Source: Candidatus Bathyarchaeum sp.
GTDB lineage: Archaea; Thermoproteota; Bathyarchaeia; Bathyarchaeales; Bathyarchaeaceae
Direction: 5' to 3'
NCBI GenBank assembly: GCA_026014495.1
Contig: JAOZIF010000114.1
Coordinates: 1-31,416, forward strand
Length of the DNA: 31,416 nucleotides
Shown here: one piece after another, positions 10,177-18,869 of the stretch
How the letters are laid out: each line of letters begins with the position of its first letter
How positions within the stretch are numbered: position 1 is the first letter of the stretch
Made by a program: the position numbers and the translations under genes
The notes under the pieces: model-generated
Databases searched by the model: none
The model's input: only the letters and a program-made list of their open reading frames with translations
Told to the model about the DNA's origin: nothing

Positions 10177-10228
10177 TGTGCCACACTACTTGCCCTAAAA
10201 AACTAAAGTTCCTCACAATTTAAACAGG

Positions 10229-11227
10229 TTACGGAAGCTTTGGCATAACAAGATCAGCTATATCCAAACTGTTATCGTAAATTCTGCGTATTGAAGAAGC
10301 AACAGCAAGAAGATAGCGTCCCATCTCAGCGGGAAGGTCAAGAATAGCTGTTTCAATTTCGTGAAAGACAAAAGCAATCTTCTTTTTTTCAGCCCGCACA
10401 GACTCTGCAACAGAAACGTCACGATAAAACACAGCATTTATCGCGTTTTCGTGAGAATTGTAGGCAATCTGGTGAAGTTGAAGAAGCTGTTGTGAAAGAT
10501 TCTCGGCAATTTTTGCACCAGCTAACTGGATTGCAGTCTTACCGATAGAAGCAGAATGATCACCTATAGACTCAACCAAACTCGCCGCCAAACGGTAATC
10601 TAAACAATCAATCGGTAAAATACCAAGTTTTTCGCTTAGCCCAGGGTGTTGAATAACTGTTCGAAGAACACGCACCAGCAGAAAATACAGGCGGTTAACC
10701 TCGTTGTCTCGGGCAACAACATTTTTGGCTAGCTCCACGTCACCTTCAAGAAGCGCAGTCATTGCGTCACGATGCACCCCCGAAACTATCGAGTATTCTC
10801 TTCGAAGAATCTTTTGAGGCGGAAACGTGGAGGGCTCCAACAGGCACTGCATGACAATTTTTGAGTGATTCTCTTCAACAATTTCAAGACCAACCAAACG
10901 AGTTGACGCCTGTTTTACCCGCTCACGATCCATTGGACTAATTCTATCTTTAGCCTGAACCTGAATTATGTCATACCCCAACAAGTATTTTTCAATAATT
11001 ACACGATCAAGTAAAGAAGAGGGCGTAATAACCGCCACTTGAGGACTTCGCTCTACATTATATTTCGGATTAATAACAAGTGTCCCATCAGCGGTTTCTG
11101 TAACGGAAACAACTGCTCCACGATCAAGCCCATTTTTTTCAGCCCAATCTTTAGGAAGACACACAAAAAAGGTTCCACCACTGGTTCTTTGAATCTTGCG
11201 GAGATCCACCTTTGAAGCCTCAGGCAA
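10229..11227 (-). CDS. phoU: Archaeal PhoU-family regulator with N-terminal AbrB/SpoVT domain
   Basis: RKIQRTSGGTFFVCLPKDWA AbrB start and PhoU repeats (DNEVNRLYFLLVR, ESIGDH, RRIYDNSLDIA). Confidence 0.88.
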   Translation of the reverse strand: MPEASKVDLRKIQRTSGGTFFVCLPKDWAEKNGLDRGAVVSVTETADGTLVINPKYNVERSPQVAVITPSSLLDRVIIEKYLLGYDIIQVQAKDRISPMDRERVKQASTRLVGLEIVEENHSKIVMQCLLEPSTFPPQKILRREYSIVSGVHRDAMTALLEGDVELAKNVVARDNEVNRLYFLLVRVLRTVIQHPGLSEKLGILPIDCLDYRLAASLVESIGDHSASIGKTAIQLAGAKIAENLSQQLLQLHQIAYNSHENAINAVFYRDVSVAESVRAEKKKIAFVFHEIETAILDLPAEMGRYLLAVASSIRRIYDNSLDIADLVMPKLP

Positions 11228-11435
11228 ATATTAGATTAATTTAAAGTAAAACCAATTATTAATAGTTAACTTAAAACATTTGAAGCACAAAAAAATATCC
11301 TAACAGGTATAGACAAACCCAGTAAAGGCGACCGCACGAAAAGATAGCTTTTTGTCCACAAGTAAAGAACATAATTAATAGGACACCAAGCACATATTAC
11401 CGTTTCAACAGAGGGAATCAAACGAGGCTAAAACT

Positions 11436-12980
11436 ATGAGTGAGGGCGAAAGGCTACAGAAAGCCGTTTCCTTCACACTAGAATCAGGGTACCAACTGGA
11501 CAAAGAGGCTTTCGAATTCTTACATTCAGTAGCTAAAACAGAAGACCCACTGCAGTTAATGGAAGAAGCTGTCAAGAAAATCAGAGATTTGTCTCAAAAA
11601 CCCCTATTTATAGACCGTGTTTTTCTGGAAGACATGAAAAAAGCGTCGTGTGTTGAGGAAGCGAAACCGTTTTCTTCAGTTTCTTCAGTAACAAATGTGG
11701 AATCCAAAAAAAGTTTTAGACCGTATGCCAAAGATGTTGATAGTGAATTAAAAGTTCTCGTAGATCCAACAAAAAAAATATGCACAACAGGATCAATCAA
11801 CGAGTATCTGCAATATTTCCAAGATAGGTTTGAAAGGTTAAAGAAGATTCTTAGAAAAAGAATGGATGTAAAAAATGCGGTACCCATATCAGTTGCGCTA
11901 AAGTCACCAACAAAATCAAAAGTTAACATCATAGGTATGGTTACAGAAAAAATCGAGTCTAAAGAAAGACTCTTCGTGAAAATTGAAGATTTAGAATCAA
12001 GCGCCACCGTACTAGTGTCCCCAAACTTAAGCAAAGAAATTATAGAAAAAGCTCGTTCTTTACTCTTAGATCAAGTTGTTTGTATAAACGCCATAAAAGG
12101 AAGCAACGATCTAATTATCGCAAAAGACTTTATTCTGCCAGAAGTGCCACAAAAGACGCCCCACAGAGCGCCCATTCCAATCTATGCCGCTTTAATGTCG
12201 GATCTTCATGTTGGAAGTAAAAAGTTTATGGAAAAAGAATTCAACCGATTTCTACTATGGTTAAAAGGAAAAAGTGGGAATGAAAAGCTCAGAAACATTG
12301 CCAGTCACACAAAATATTTGCTAATAGCTGGCGATATTGTAGATGGAATAGGAATATACCCAGGGCAACTTGAAGGACTGGATATAACAGACATTTATGA
12401 GCAGTATGAACAAGCCGCAAAGTTTCTCGAGCAGATTCCAGAGTATATTGAAGTAATAATTATTCCAGGCAACCATGATGCATCTAGGAAGGCGTTACCA
12501 CAACCAGCGATACCTAAAGAGTACGCAGAACCGTTACACGAAGCACGTAAGATATATTCGCTCGGAAGCCCATCCACAGTCAGCTTGCACGGAGTGGAGA
12601 CGCTTTTATTTCACGGGCGAAGTTTAGACGACATCGCAGCTGTAGCCCCAAACGTCAGTTTTGATACCCCAGAAAAATCTATGAAACTTTTGTTACAGGG
12701 TAGACACCTTGCTCCCATCTATGGAGAAAGAACCCCTATCGCTCCAGAAAAACGAGATTTTATGGTTATAGAAAGACCGCCAGACATTTTTCATGCTGGA
12801 CATGTTCATGTCCTAAAGTGTAACAAGTATAGAGGAACCCTTATTGTGAACTCGGGGGCATGGCAAGAACAAACAGATTTTCAACAAAAAATGGGACTTG
12901 TTCCTACTCCGGGAATCGTACCTGTGGTGAACCTCCAATCTTCTACGATTTCGACAATAAATTTCACGGAACCTTGGTGA
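11436..12980 (+). CDS. polB: DNA polymerase D small subunit DP1 (proofreading exonuclease)
   Basis: OB fold plus phosphoesterase motifs SDLHVGS, AGDIVDG, PGNHD, HGRSLDD, RHLAP and GHVH. Confidence 0.97.
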   Translation: MSEGERLQKAVSFTLESGYQLDKEAFEFLHSVAKTEDPLQLMEEAVKKIRDLSQKPLFIDRVFLEDMKKASCVEEAKPFSSVSSVTNVESKKSFRPYAKDVDSELKVLVDPTKKICTTGSINEYLQYFQDRFERLKKILRKRMDVKNAVPISVALKSPTKSKVNIIGMVTEKIESKERLFVKIEDLESSATVLVSPNLSKEIIEKARSLLLDQVVCINAIKGSNDLIIAKDFILPEVPQKTPHRAPIPIYAALMSDLHVGSKKFMEKEFNRFLLWLKGKSGNEKLRNIASHTKYLLIAGDIVDGIGIYPGQLEGLDITDIYEQYEQAAKFLEQIPEYIEVIIIPGNHDASRKALPQPAIPKEYAEPLHEARKIYSLGSPSTVSLHGVETLLFHGRSLDDIAAVAPNVSFDTPEKSMKLLLQGRHLAPIYGERTPIAPEKRDFMVIERPPDIFHAGHVHVLKCNKYRGTLIVNSGAWQEQTDFQQKMGLVPTPGIVPVVNLQSSTISTINFTEPW

Positions 12981-13015
12981 TGTTTCAACAAAAAACTAAA
13001 CTGTGTTTTGCATAC

Positions 13016-14254
13016 TCAGTGAAAGCCAGCAAAACAATTAGGAACGTAGCCTAACAGTTCACGGAAGCGATCATTGTTTGTGAATACATTTCTAACAAGA
13101 CTACGTCCTATGCCCAAACGAATCTTCTTTGTGCGACCATGTCGACCCATGCTCACAACACGTGCATTTAATAATCCAATCATGTCCAACTCGCTGATTA
13201 AGCCGCTTACTCGCCGTTGAGTTAAAGGTGAAAGGCCGGTTTGGTCACATAATTCGCAGTATATTCCATATATATCTCCAGTTATGGTATAGCTAAGTTT
13301 TGTTTTACCTAACAGGTAAACACTACACAAAACTAATTTGGAATGCACTGGAAGATTTTCTAAGACTTCAAAAATACGATCGTGTTCAACACGTTTCTCT
13401 GCCTCTCGTACATGATTTTCACTAACAAAAGCTGTACCTTCACGCTCTGCTAATTCGCCTGCAACACGAAGTAGGTCTAAAGCTCGTCTGGCGTCACCGT
13501 GCTCTGCGGCAGCCAAAGCAGCACATAAGGCCACAGCACTATCATGAAGAGCACCATCTGAAAAAGCTAGTTGAGCACGTCTCCAGAGGATGTCTTGGAG
13601 TTCGGCTGCGTCATAAGGCCTAAAAACGATTTCTTCTTCGCTTAATGAGCTTAGAACTCGTGGATCCAAAAACTCCTTGAATCGAAGATCGTTTGAGATT
13701 CCTATTATGGATGTTCTGCCGTGACGAAGAGTCTCGTTTATTCTGGTTAATTCATAAAGGAGTTTGTCTCCACGGACTTTTATTAGGGCATCTATTTCGT
13801 CGAGTACAACAATGAAAATTTTTCTTTGCTGATCTAAACCGTCTTTGAAGCGATCAAATACTTCTCCGACTGCCAAACCAGTGAAAGGAACTTTCACATC
13901 TAAAGCGTCACATAAGCTTGAAAGAACTCTATATTCCGTGCCAGCTAAACGACAGTTTACATAACAGATTTCAATTAATGCCCCCAATTCATGTGCCTTA
14001 GATGATAGTTTATTCAAGACATACTTTGTGACTGCTGTTTTTCCTGTTCCCGTTTTTCCATAAATAAACACATTGGAACAAGGAGAGCACCTCAAGACGG
14101 GCGCAACTATTCCACCTAAACAATGAATCTGCTCATCGCGGTGTGGAAGTTTGTTTGGAATATAATCATGACGTAATACTTCTCGATCTTTGAAAATATG
14201 AGTATTACTCAGAAAACGATCGAAAACGTCTTCAAGAGTATCAATTTTTGTCAG
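13016..14254 (-). CDS. cdc6: Orc1/Cdc6 replication initiator (about 412 aa, probable CTG start)
   Basis: Walker A GKTGTGKT, Walker B VLDEID, GDARRALDLL and C-terminal winged helix. The frame stays open upstream of the tracked 14095 start through IFKDREVLRHDYIPNKLPHRDEQI to a CTG at 14254 preceded by AGAGGAG. The start choice is inference. Confidence 0.95.
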   Translation of the reverse strand: MTKIDTLEDVFDRFLSNTHIFKDREVLRHDYIPNKLPHRDEQIHCLGGIVAPVLRCSPCSNVFIYGKTGTGKTAVTKYVLNKLSSKAHELGALIEICYVNCRLAGTEYRVLSSLCDALDVKVPFTGLAVGEVFDRFKDGLDQQRKIFIVVLDEIDALIKVRGDKLLYELTRINETLRHGRTSIIGISNDLRFKEFLDPRVLSSLSEEEIVFRPYDAAELQDILWRRAQLAFSDGALHDSAVALCAALAAAEHGDARRALDLLRVAGELAEREGTAFVSENHVREAEKRVEHDRIFEVLENLPVHSKLVLCSVYLLGKTKLSYTITGDIYGIYCELCDQTGLSPLTQRRVSGLISELDMIGLLNARVVSMGRHGRTKKIRLGIGRSLVRNVFTNNDRFRELLGYVPNCFAGFH

Positions 14255-14302
14255 TCTTGTAATCTCCTCTAAGAGGTCGTGAAATTATTGCCTCGATTGC
14301 GT

Positions 14303-14315
14303 TTCCAGTAGATAA
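14303..14315 (+). promoter_or_regulatory. mini-ORB-like site in the cdc6 promoter/leader
   Basis: TTCCAGTAGATAA shares its first 10 nt with ORB3 and lacks the G-string. Confidence 0.6.
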
Positions 14316-14433
14316 AAACTATCATAAAAAAAAGTAGACAAATTGCACAAAAAGCTAAAGGGAAACAAAACTTTCTGAGTAACAGCGGTTTTAGTTTGTT
14401 TGTAGATATGTAAACAAGTTTATTGACGCTCGC

Positions 14434-14454
14434 ACCCCTTTGTTTCTTATGGAA
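14434..14454 (-). repeat. ORB element 1
   Basis: TTCCATAAGAAACAAAGGGGT matches the archaeal ORB consensus TTCCAnnnGAAAC-AAAGGGG. Confidence 0.88.
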
Positions 14455-14645
14455 AAAATAAGGTTTCTATGAGGTTTATCTCAAAAAAGAATCTAAAATT
14501 ATAAGGGATTTATTATATTAAAAAAAGAATCTTTCAGGCATTATTTGTTAAATTAGTATTTAGTGTTAATCATCAAAAAAAATGTAGTTATATCTACAAT
14601 TTTTTAACTTTAAGGTTGAATATTAATCCTAGCTCAACTTCTTTG

Positions 14646-14666
14646 ATACAATGGAAACAAAGGGGT
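14646..14666 (+). repeat. ORB element 2 (left arm degenerate)
   Basis: ATACAATGGAAACAAAGGGGT; the last 13 nt are identical to ORB1. Confidence 0.82.
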
Positions 14667-14764
14667 CGGAGTCTTGTTTACACTTTAAAATGTTAACGTA
14701 ATTTCCTGAGACACAAATATACTAATCGACGAAGAGCCTTCTTTATTTAATAACTAATTTAGCT

Positions 14765-15066
14765 GTTAACTCCACTGTGAACTAATGTGAAGTTAACTAG
14801 AACATTTCACCTTTCTCACTCCTTATTTTGTAAAATAGGCTTGATTATGCCTTTTTACAAGTATAGCGCCAACCCCTTGGTTTCTACTGGAAAACAGTCT
14901 TCATCTCTTTCTCTTTTTCTATTTTAAAAACAACACCCATAGTGAAGCTTGTGAACCTAATAACTTGTGAAAATTGCTTTTTTTAGATTTTTAGCCGATT
15001 TTAAAGGTTTTTCACTGTAAACTAAATACCACAATATCTATAACTTGTGAATAGTTACTTAGTGAA
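14765..15066. repeat. GTGAA-core repeats on the right side of oriC
   Basis: GTGAA/TTCAC at 14777, 14787, 14806, 14942, 14951, 14967, 15011, 15047 and 15062; TAACTTGTGAA exactly duplicated at 14961 and 15041. Confidence 0.6.
14872..14892 (-). repeat. ORB element 3
   Basis: TTCCAGTAGAAACCAAGGGGT. Confidence 0.9.
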
Positions 15067-15084
15067 CACTAACTGGTGTATGGC

Positions 15085-15495
15085 ATGCCTACCAAAAAAA
15101 TGCGCGTAGAGATCTTCAATAATGGGGACCGTTACACGATAACTTTTGAAGGTCAGGTTACGCGAGATAAGGCTCTTCGTTTACTTGATTTGGTTGAACT
15201 TTTAGGTGGAATGCCAGCAGTAAATCCTGAAACATCTTGTTCTACATCTGAGATGCTTAAGATAGAGAAAGTTCGTTTAGCTGCAGAAAAAAGTTTTCCT
15301 GTAGGTTGGTTTTCTTCAAAAGAATTGCAAGTTGAATATGAAAAACAGTTTAATGAACCAATCAGCCTAAGCACAGCCTCAACTTATTTGTCCCGTTTAA
15401 CAGATAGGGGGTTCTTCATCAAAAAAGGCGCTTCAAATCAGCGACGTTACAGAATCATGACTGCAATATCGAAACACCAACTTCACGAAAGATAA
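15085..15495 (+). CDS. Small two-domain protein with C-terminal winged helix-turn-helix, origin-adjacent
   Basis: C-terminal FSSKELQVEYEKQFNEPISLSTASTYLSRLTDRGFFIKKG...RRYRI wHTH pattern; ATG at 15085 follows GGTG (the ORF track starts at 15076). Confidence 0.75.
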   Translation: MPTKKMRVEIFNNGDRYTITFEGQVTRDKALRLLDLVELLGGMPAVNPETSCSTSEMLKIEKVRLAAEKSFPVGWFSSKELQVEYEKQFNEPISLSTASTYLSRLTDRGFFIKKGASNQRRYRIMTAISKHQLHER

Positions 15496-15572
15496 TAAAT
15501 AACCTGTCTTTTAAGATAAATGATTTAGCGCCGAATTGTAAGACTCTTCGTGTTTGAGGGGAAGACTCATCT

Positions 15573-16604
15573 ATGAACAAAATTCAAAATGATTTGGTTG
15601 AACTGAAAACTAAACTTAAATTATATGTCGATAAGGGTCGGCAAATAGGCTTTAGCGATATCAAACCGCAGCCTTTGATTGTCAAAAAGCCTGATGCAAA
15701 CAAAATTAAGCCTATAAAGAAAGTTAAACGTTGTAATTCACGATTTCTAGCTGTAGACTGCTCTACTCGAACTTTGAAAAGAGCCCATAACTGGGGCATT
15801 TACCTGATGCGCGTTGCATATGCTTCGGTGGAAAACCGCAAAGTTACTTGGGGCTACGATGAAAGCATTGTAAGTCCAGTTGGGGACCGTCGTTACCGCT
15901 CTAACTTTTTGATGGATCGACGACTACAACTAGAAAGCGAACTGGCTTTGAGGCTTCTTCACGAAGAGCCTACTGGGGGTCCAGAGTCAGGTGTGGAGAC
16001 TCTTCGTGGACTGGATGCCGGCGATTATATTCTGTTAGATGGTGCCAGTTTTTTTGGCGGAAAAAGAGGCTTTCACACCTCGCTTTACGAAGAGGCTCTT
16101 CGTAAAAAGGTTAATCTTTTTGCCGTGAGTAAACAGTCTCCTATGTTGTGTGATGAGAAGGGACGAGATTTTATGGCATCAACAAGTATTCTTGCGTCCT
16201 ATCCTCTATGGGTTTATCATCCAGTTAAAGAGGCAAATATGGAGGAGCATCTGTATGGGGATGTGTCTCTTGTAAAGTTGTGTGAAGACAGTAAACATGT
16301 TTTTCGTTGCGACATAATGAAGTCGGCAACATCCAGCGACGTTTCTGAACTACTTTCTCCTCTTACCTCACTTTCTGAAGACCCTCGATGTTTAGGTTAT
16401 CCTGTTACTCTTTGGCTTGCTCACGACTTTTCTGGAGCATCAAACTCAAAAATTCTTCAATATTATGATTTAATCGAGAAAACTCTGTCCGATGAAGGAA
16501 TCTTAGAGCCTCTTCGCATGGAAGAGCTTTCCTGCAGTTTTGCTGACAAGATTCATGGACTAACAAATCCTTTTGAAGGTGGTGAAGGCTTTGACAGAAT
16601 TTGA
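15573..16604 (+). CDS. nurA: NurA-family (RNase H-like fold) nuclease
   Basis: FLAVDCS, LESE, ILLDG, FAVSKQS and GYPVTLWLAH match NurA motif order; overlaps the HerA-like gene. Confidence 0.78.
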   Translation: MNKIQNDLVELKTKLKLYVDKGRQIGFSDIKPQPLIVKKPDANKIKPIKKVKRCNSRFLAVDCSTRTLKRAHNWGIYLMRVAYASVENRKVTWGYDESIVSPVGDRRYRSNFLMDRRLQLESELALRLLHEEPTGGPESGVETLRGLDAGDYILLDGASFFGGKRGFHTSLYEEALRKKVNLFAVSKQSPMLCDEKGRDFMASTSILASYPLWVYHPVKEANMEEHLYGDVSLVKLCEDSKHVFRCDIMKSATSSDVSELLSPLTSLSEDPRCLGYPVTLWLAHDFSGASNSKILQYYDLIEKTLSDEGILEPLRMEELSCSFADKIHGLTNPFEGGEGFDRI

Positions 16605-18147
16605 GCCTGTTGGTTTTGTTCGTGAAGTGAAAGGGGACACAGTCTCTTTTTTCTTAAATCAGGCGGTTACTCTTTCTTTTGGTCAGATTGTTCGAATAGA
16701 CTGTGATAACCGGAGTTTTTATGCGCGTGTCGTAGATGCTGGGAGCTCCTCTACCTTGAACACTAATGAGCAACTTCGTGAAGCTGAAGGAAAAGAGTCT
16801 TTTGGACCGTACTCCAGCTATAGGCATGTCGATGCAGTTTTATTGCTTGAAAGTAATGCTGGGAAAATTCGTTCTCCAACCTTCAATCCTAACTATATGG
16901 ATCATGTGTACACAATAACCGAGGAAGACTACGCGATTTTGAGGCTTTCGGGCGATTTAGAGATAGGGCGCCTGCGTTCTGGAGAAACTGTTCTAGGTGA
17001 AGTAGGAATAAGTGTAAAAGCTATCCCGAAGATGATGGGCATGTTCGGAATGACCGGTTCAGGAAAAACCAATACTGAACTTATTTTAAACGCCCGCATA
17101 ATCGATAACCCTGAAACTGTTGGACTTATCTTCGATTTCGCCGGTCAATTACTCTCTGGCAAAGATATTGGGGCCGAGAGCGGTCTAAGAGAACACCCTC
17201 TTTTTCATAGTAAGGTTCGTTACTATTCAGCACGAGAAGGCAAACTTTGCATCGGCTTGCGCACTCTTACTCCTGGACGATTATGGACCATTTTTCCTGA
17301 CATTGGGCGGCCTCAAATTCGGGTTTCTCGGAGGCTGTATGAGCAACTGGGCACCTGCTGGATTGAGCAATCGCTTGAAACATATCGTATGGAAGGGCAC
17401 TCTGGGGTCGGACGAATTATCAATTATCAACAAAAGAATGTTATTAGCGCTTTGATGAGCCGGCTTTCCGATCTTCCTCCACACCTCTACCCACCTTCTA
17501 ACTATAATTTCATAGACGATGTTGTTCAAAACATCAGTAAAGGAATCACTTGTCTTATTGACATATCTGGCTTAACGTCTGAAGAGCAACAAAACGTCAC
17601 CTGTCTCACAGCAACAAACGTTGCACGGCACTACAAGCGGTCGTGGGAGACCAATTTTGAGGCTTGGAAAAAGCTCCCAACTCTGTTGATAACTTTAGAG
17701 GAAGCTCACGAGTTCCTTGATCCAGAAATACACAAAACCATCTTTTCTGACATTGCTCTCACGTATCGTAAGTATCGCGTTGGGTTAAATGCTGTGACTC
17801 CAAGGCCTTCCAAGATAAATCGTGACGTCTTTGCTGAGCTTTGGACCAAAGTTATTATGAAAACTGAGCTAAAACGAGACAGGGACTATCTAACCCAAAA
17901 TACGCCGTATATGGAATATAGTGATACTGAAATCAAAATGCTTGACATCGGAGAAGCTTTGCTGATTTCAGAGCCACAGATTCGGTTCGCAGTTCCGATA
18001 AAAGTTATTCATTACCCTGATTACCTACGGCGGAGAGGGAAACCCGATTATGATTTACCTGAGTCGAAACCTCTTTCTGAAATGGAATCAAACCTGAAAC
18101 GACTTAAAGCTGCCGGAAAGTCTCTTTCGTCTGAAGATACTGTCTAG
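16591..18147 (+). CDS. herA: HerA/FtsK-family ATPase with N-terminal HAS barrel
   Basis: VGFVREV...GQIVRI barrel, Walker A GMTGSGKT, Walker B ITLEEAHEF and RKYRVGL; TTG at 16591 follows GGTGGTGAAGG (the ORF track starts at 16573). Confidence 0.88.
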   Translation: MTEFEPVGFVREVKGDTVSFFLNQAVTLSFGQIVRIDCDNRSFYARVVDAGSSSTLNTNEQLREAEGKESFGPYSSYRHVDAVLLLESNAGKIRSPTFNPNYMDHVYTITEEDYAILRLSGDLEIGRLRSGETVLGEVGISVKAIPKMMGMFGMTGSGKTNTELILNARIIDNPETVGLIFDFAGQLLSGKDIGAESGLREHPLFHSKVRYYSAREGKLCIGLRTLTPGRLWTIFPDIGRPQIRVSRRLYEQLGTCWIEQSLETYRMEGHSGVGRIINYQQKNVISALMSRLSDLPPHLYPPSNYNFIDDVVQNISKGITCLIDISGLTSEEQQNVTCLTATNVARHYKRSWETNFEAWKKLPTLLITLEEAHEFLDPEIHKTIFSDIALTYRKYRVGLNAVTPRPSKINRDVFAELWTKVIMKTELKRDRDYLTQNTPYMEYSDTEIKMLDIGEALLISEPQIRFAVPIKVIHYPDYLRRRGKPDYDLPESKPLSEMESNLKRLKAAGKSLSSEDTV

Positions 18148-18857
18148 AAATAGCTGGCTTCTCTTTTCTTTAGTATCTTTTGCATTTCCTCTTTTAGTCT
18201 ATAGACATAAGGCATCTTATGGGTGTCTCTTTCTAGATATCCGTCTTTGTATAACTTTTTCATTAGCCGTGCAGTGTGTTCCCTTGTGAGGCTAATCTTT
18301 TCTTTTATTTCTGGCGCTGTTTTCTCTCCCTCTTTACCGATAGTTTCAAGAACCATCAGTTCTGTTTCTGTCAGCGGCTCTAAGGCTTTCTCCTTTTTTA
18401 TTGGAATTGCTGCCTCTATCTTTGTTTCCGGAACATGAGCCTCATGTTTGATTTTCTCGATCTCAGCCAGATTCTTTATAACTTTCTCCTGAGCTTCCTT
18501 TATGCCTTCAACCTCATTTTGCATCTCTTTAAGATGACCTGAAACTTTCTCCTCAATGTGTGGAATGTCTTCTACTCGCTTAGTAAAATCGGTTAGCCTC
18601 CCTTCATAATCTTCTACTTTTTCTACGACTTTTTTATTTTCCAACACTATGTTTTCCATTTTCTGAGCAACAAACAGAAATCTGTCTTTTTGCCTCCTGA
18701 ATTGTCCATCAACGCTTACAACAATGTCGTCTACAACTTCTTTTGCCCTATCATATTCTTGGCGTAGTGTCATTATTCGTCGATAGTAAAGAAATAGTGC
18801 CGAAATTGTGCCCAGTAACAGCACCGACGTCACTACTAACATAACGTCTGAACTCAC
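18144..18857 (-). CDS. Membrane-anchored coiled-coil protein with C-terminal MarR-like winged helix
   Basis: N-terminal hydrophobic helix MLVVTSVLLLGTISALFLYY followed by RR; about 110 aa of E/K-rich heptad region; then LTETELMVLETI...TAPEIKEKISLTREHTARLMKKLYKDGYLER...YVYRL. Confidence 0.85.
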   Translation of the reverse strand: MSSDVMLVVTSVLLLGTISALFLYYRRIMTLRQEYDRAKEVVDDIVVSVDGQFRRQKDRFLFVAQKMENIVLENKKVVEKVEDYEGRLTDFTKRVEDIPHIEEKVSGHLKEMQNEVEGIKEAQEKVIKNLAEIEKIKHEAHVPETKIEAAIPIKKEKALEPLTETELMVLETIGKEGEKTAPEIKEKISLTREHTARLMKKLYKDGYLERDTHKMPYVYRLKEEMQKILKKREASYF

Positions 18858-18869
18858 AGTCTCAACTCC

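Larger units (their letters stand above)
14280..15075. other. Chromosomal replication origin (oriC)
   Basis: About 800-bp AT-rich intergenic region upstream of cdc6 holding three ORB elements and one mini-ORB. Confidence 0.9.
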
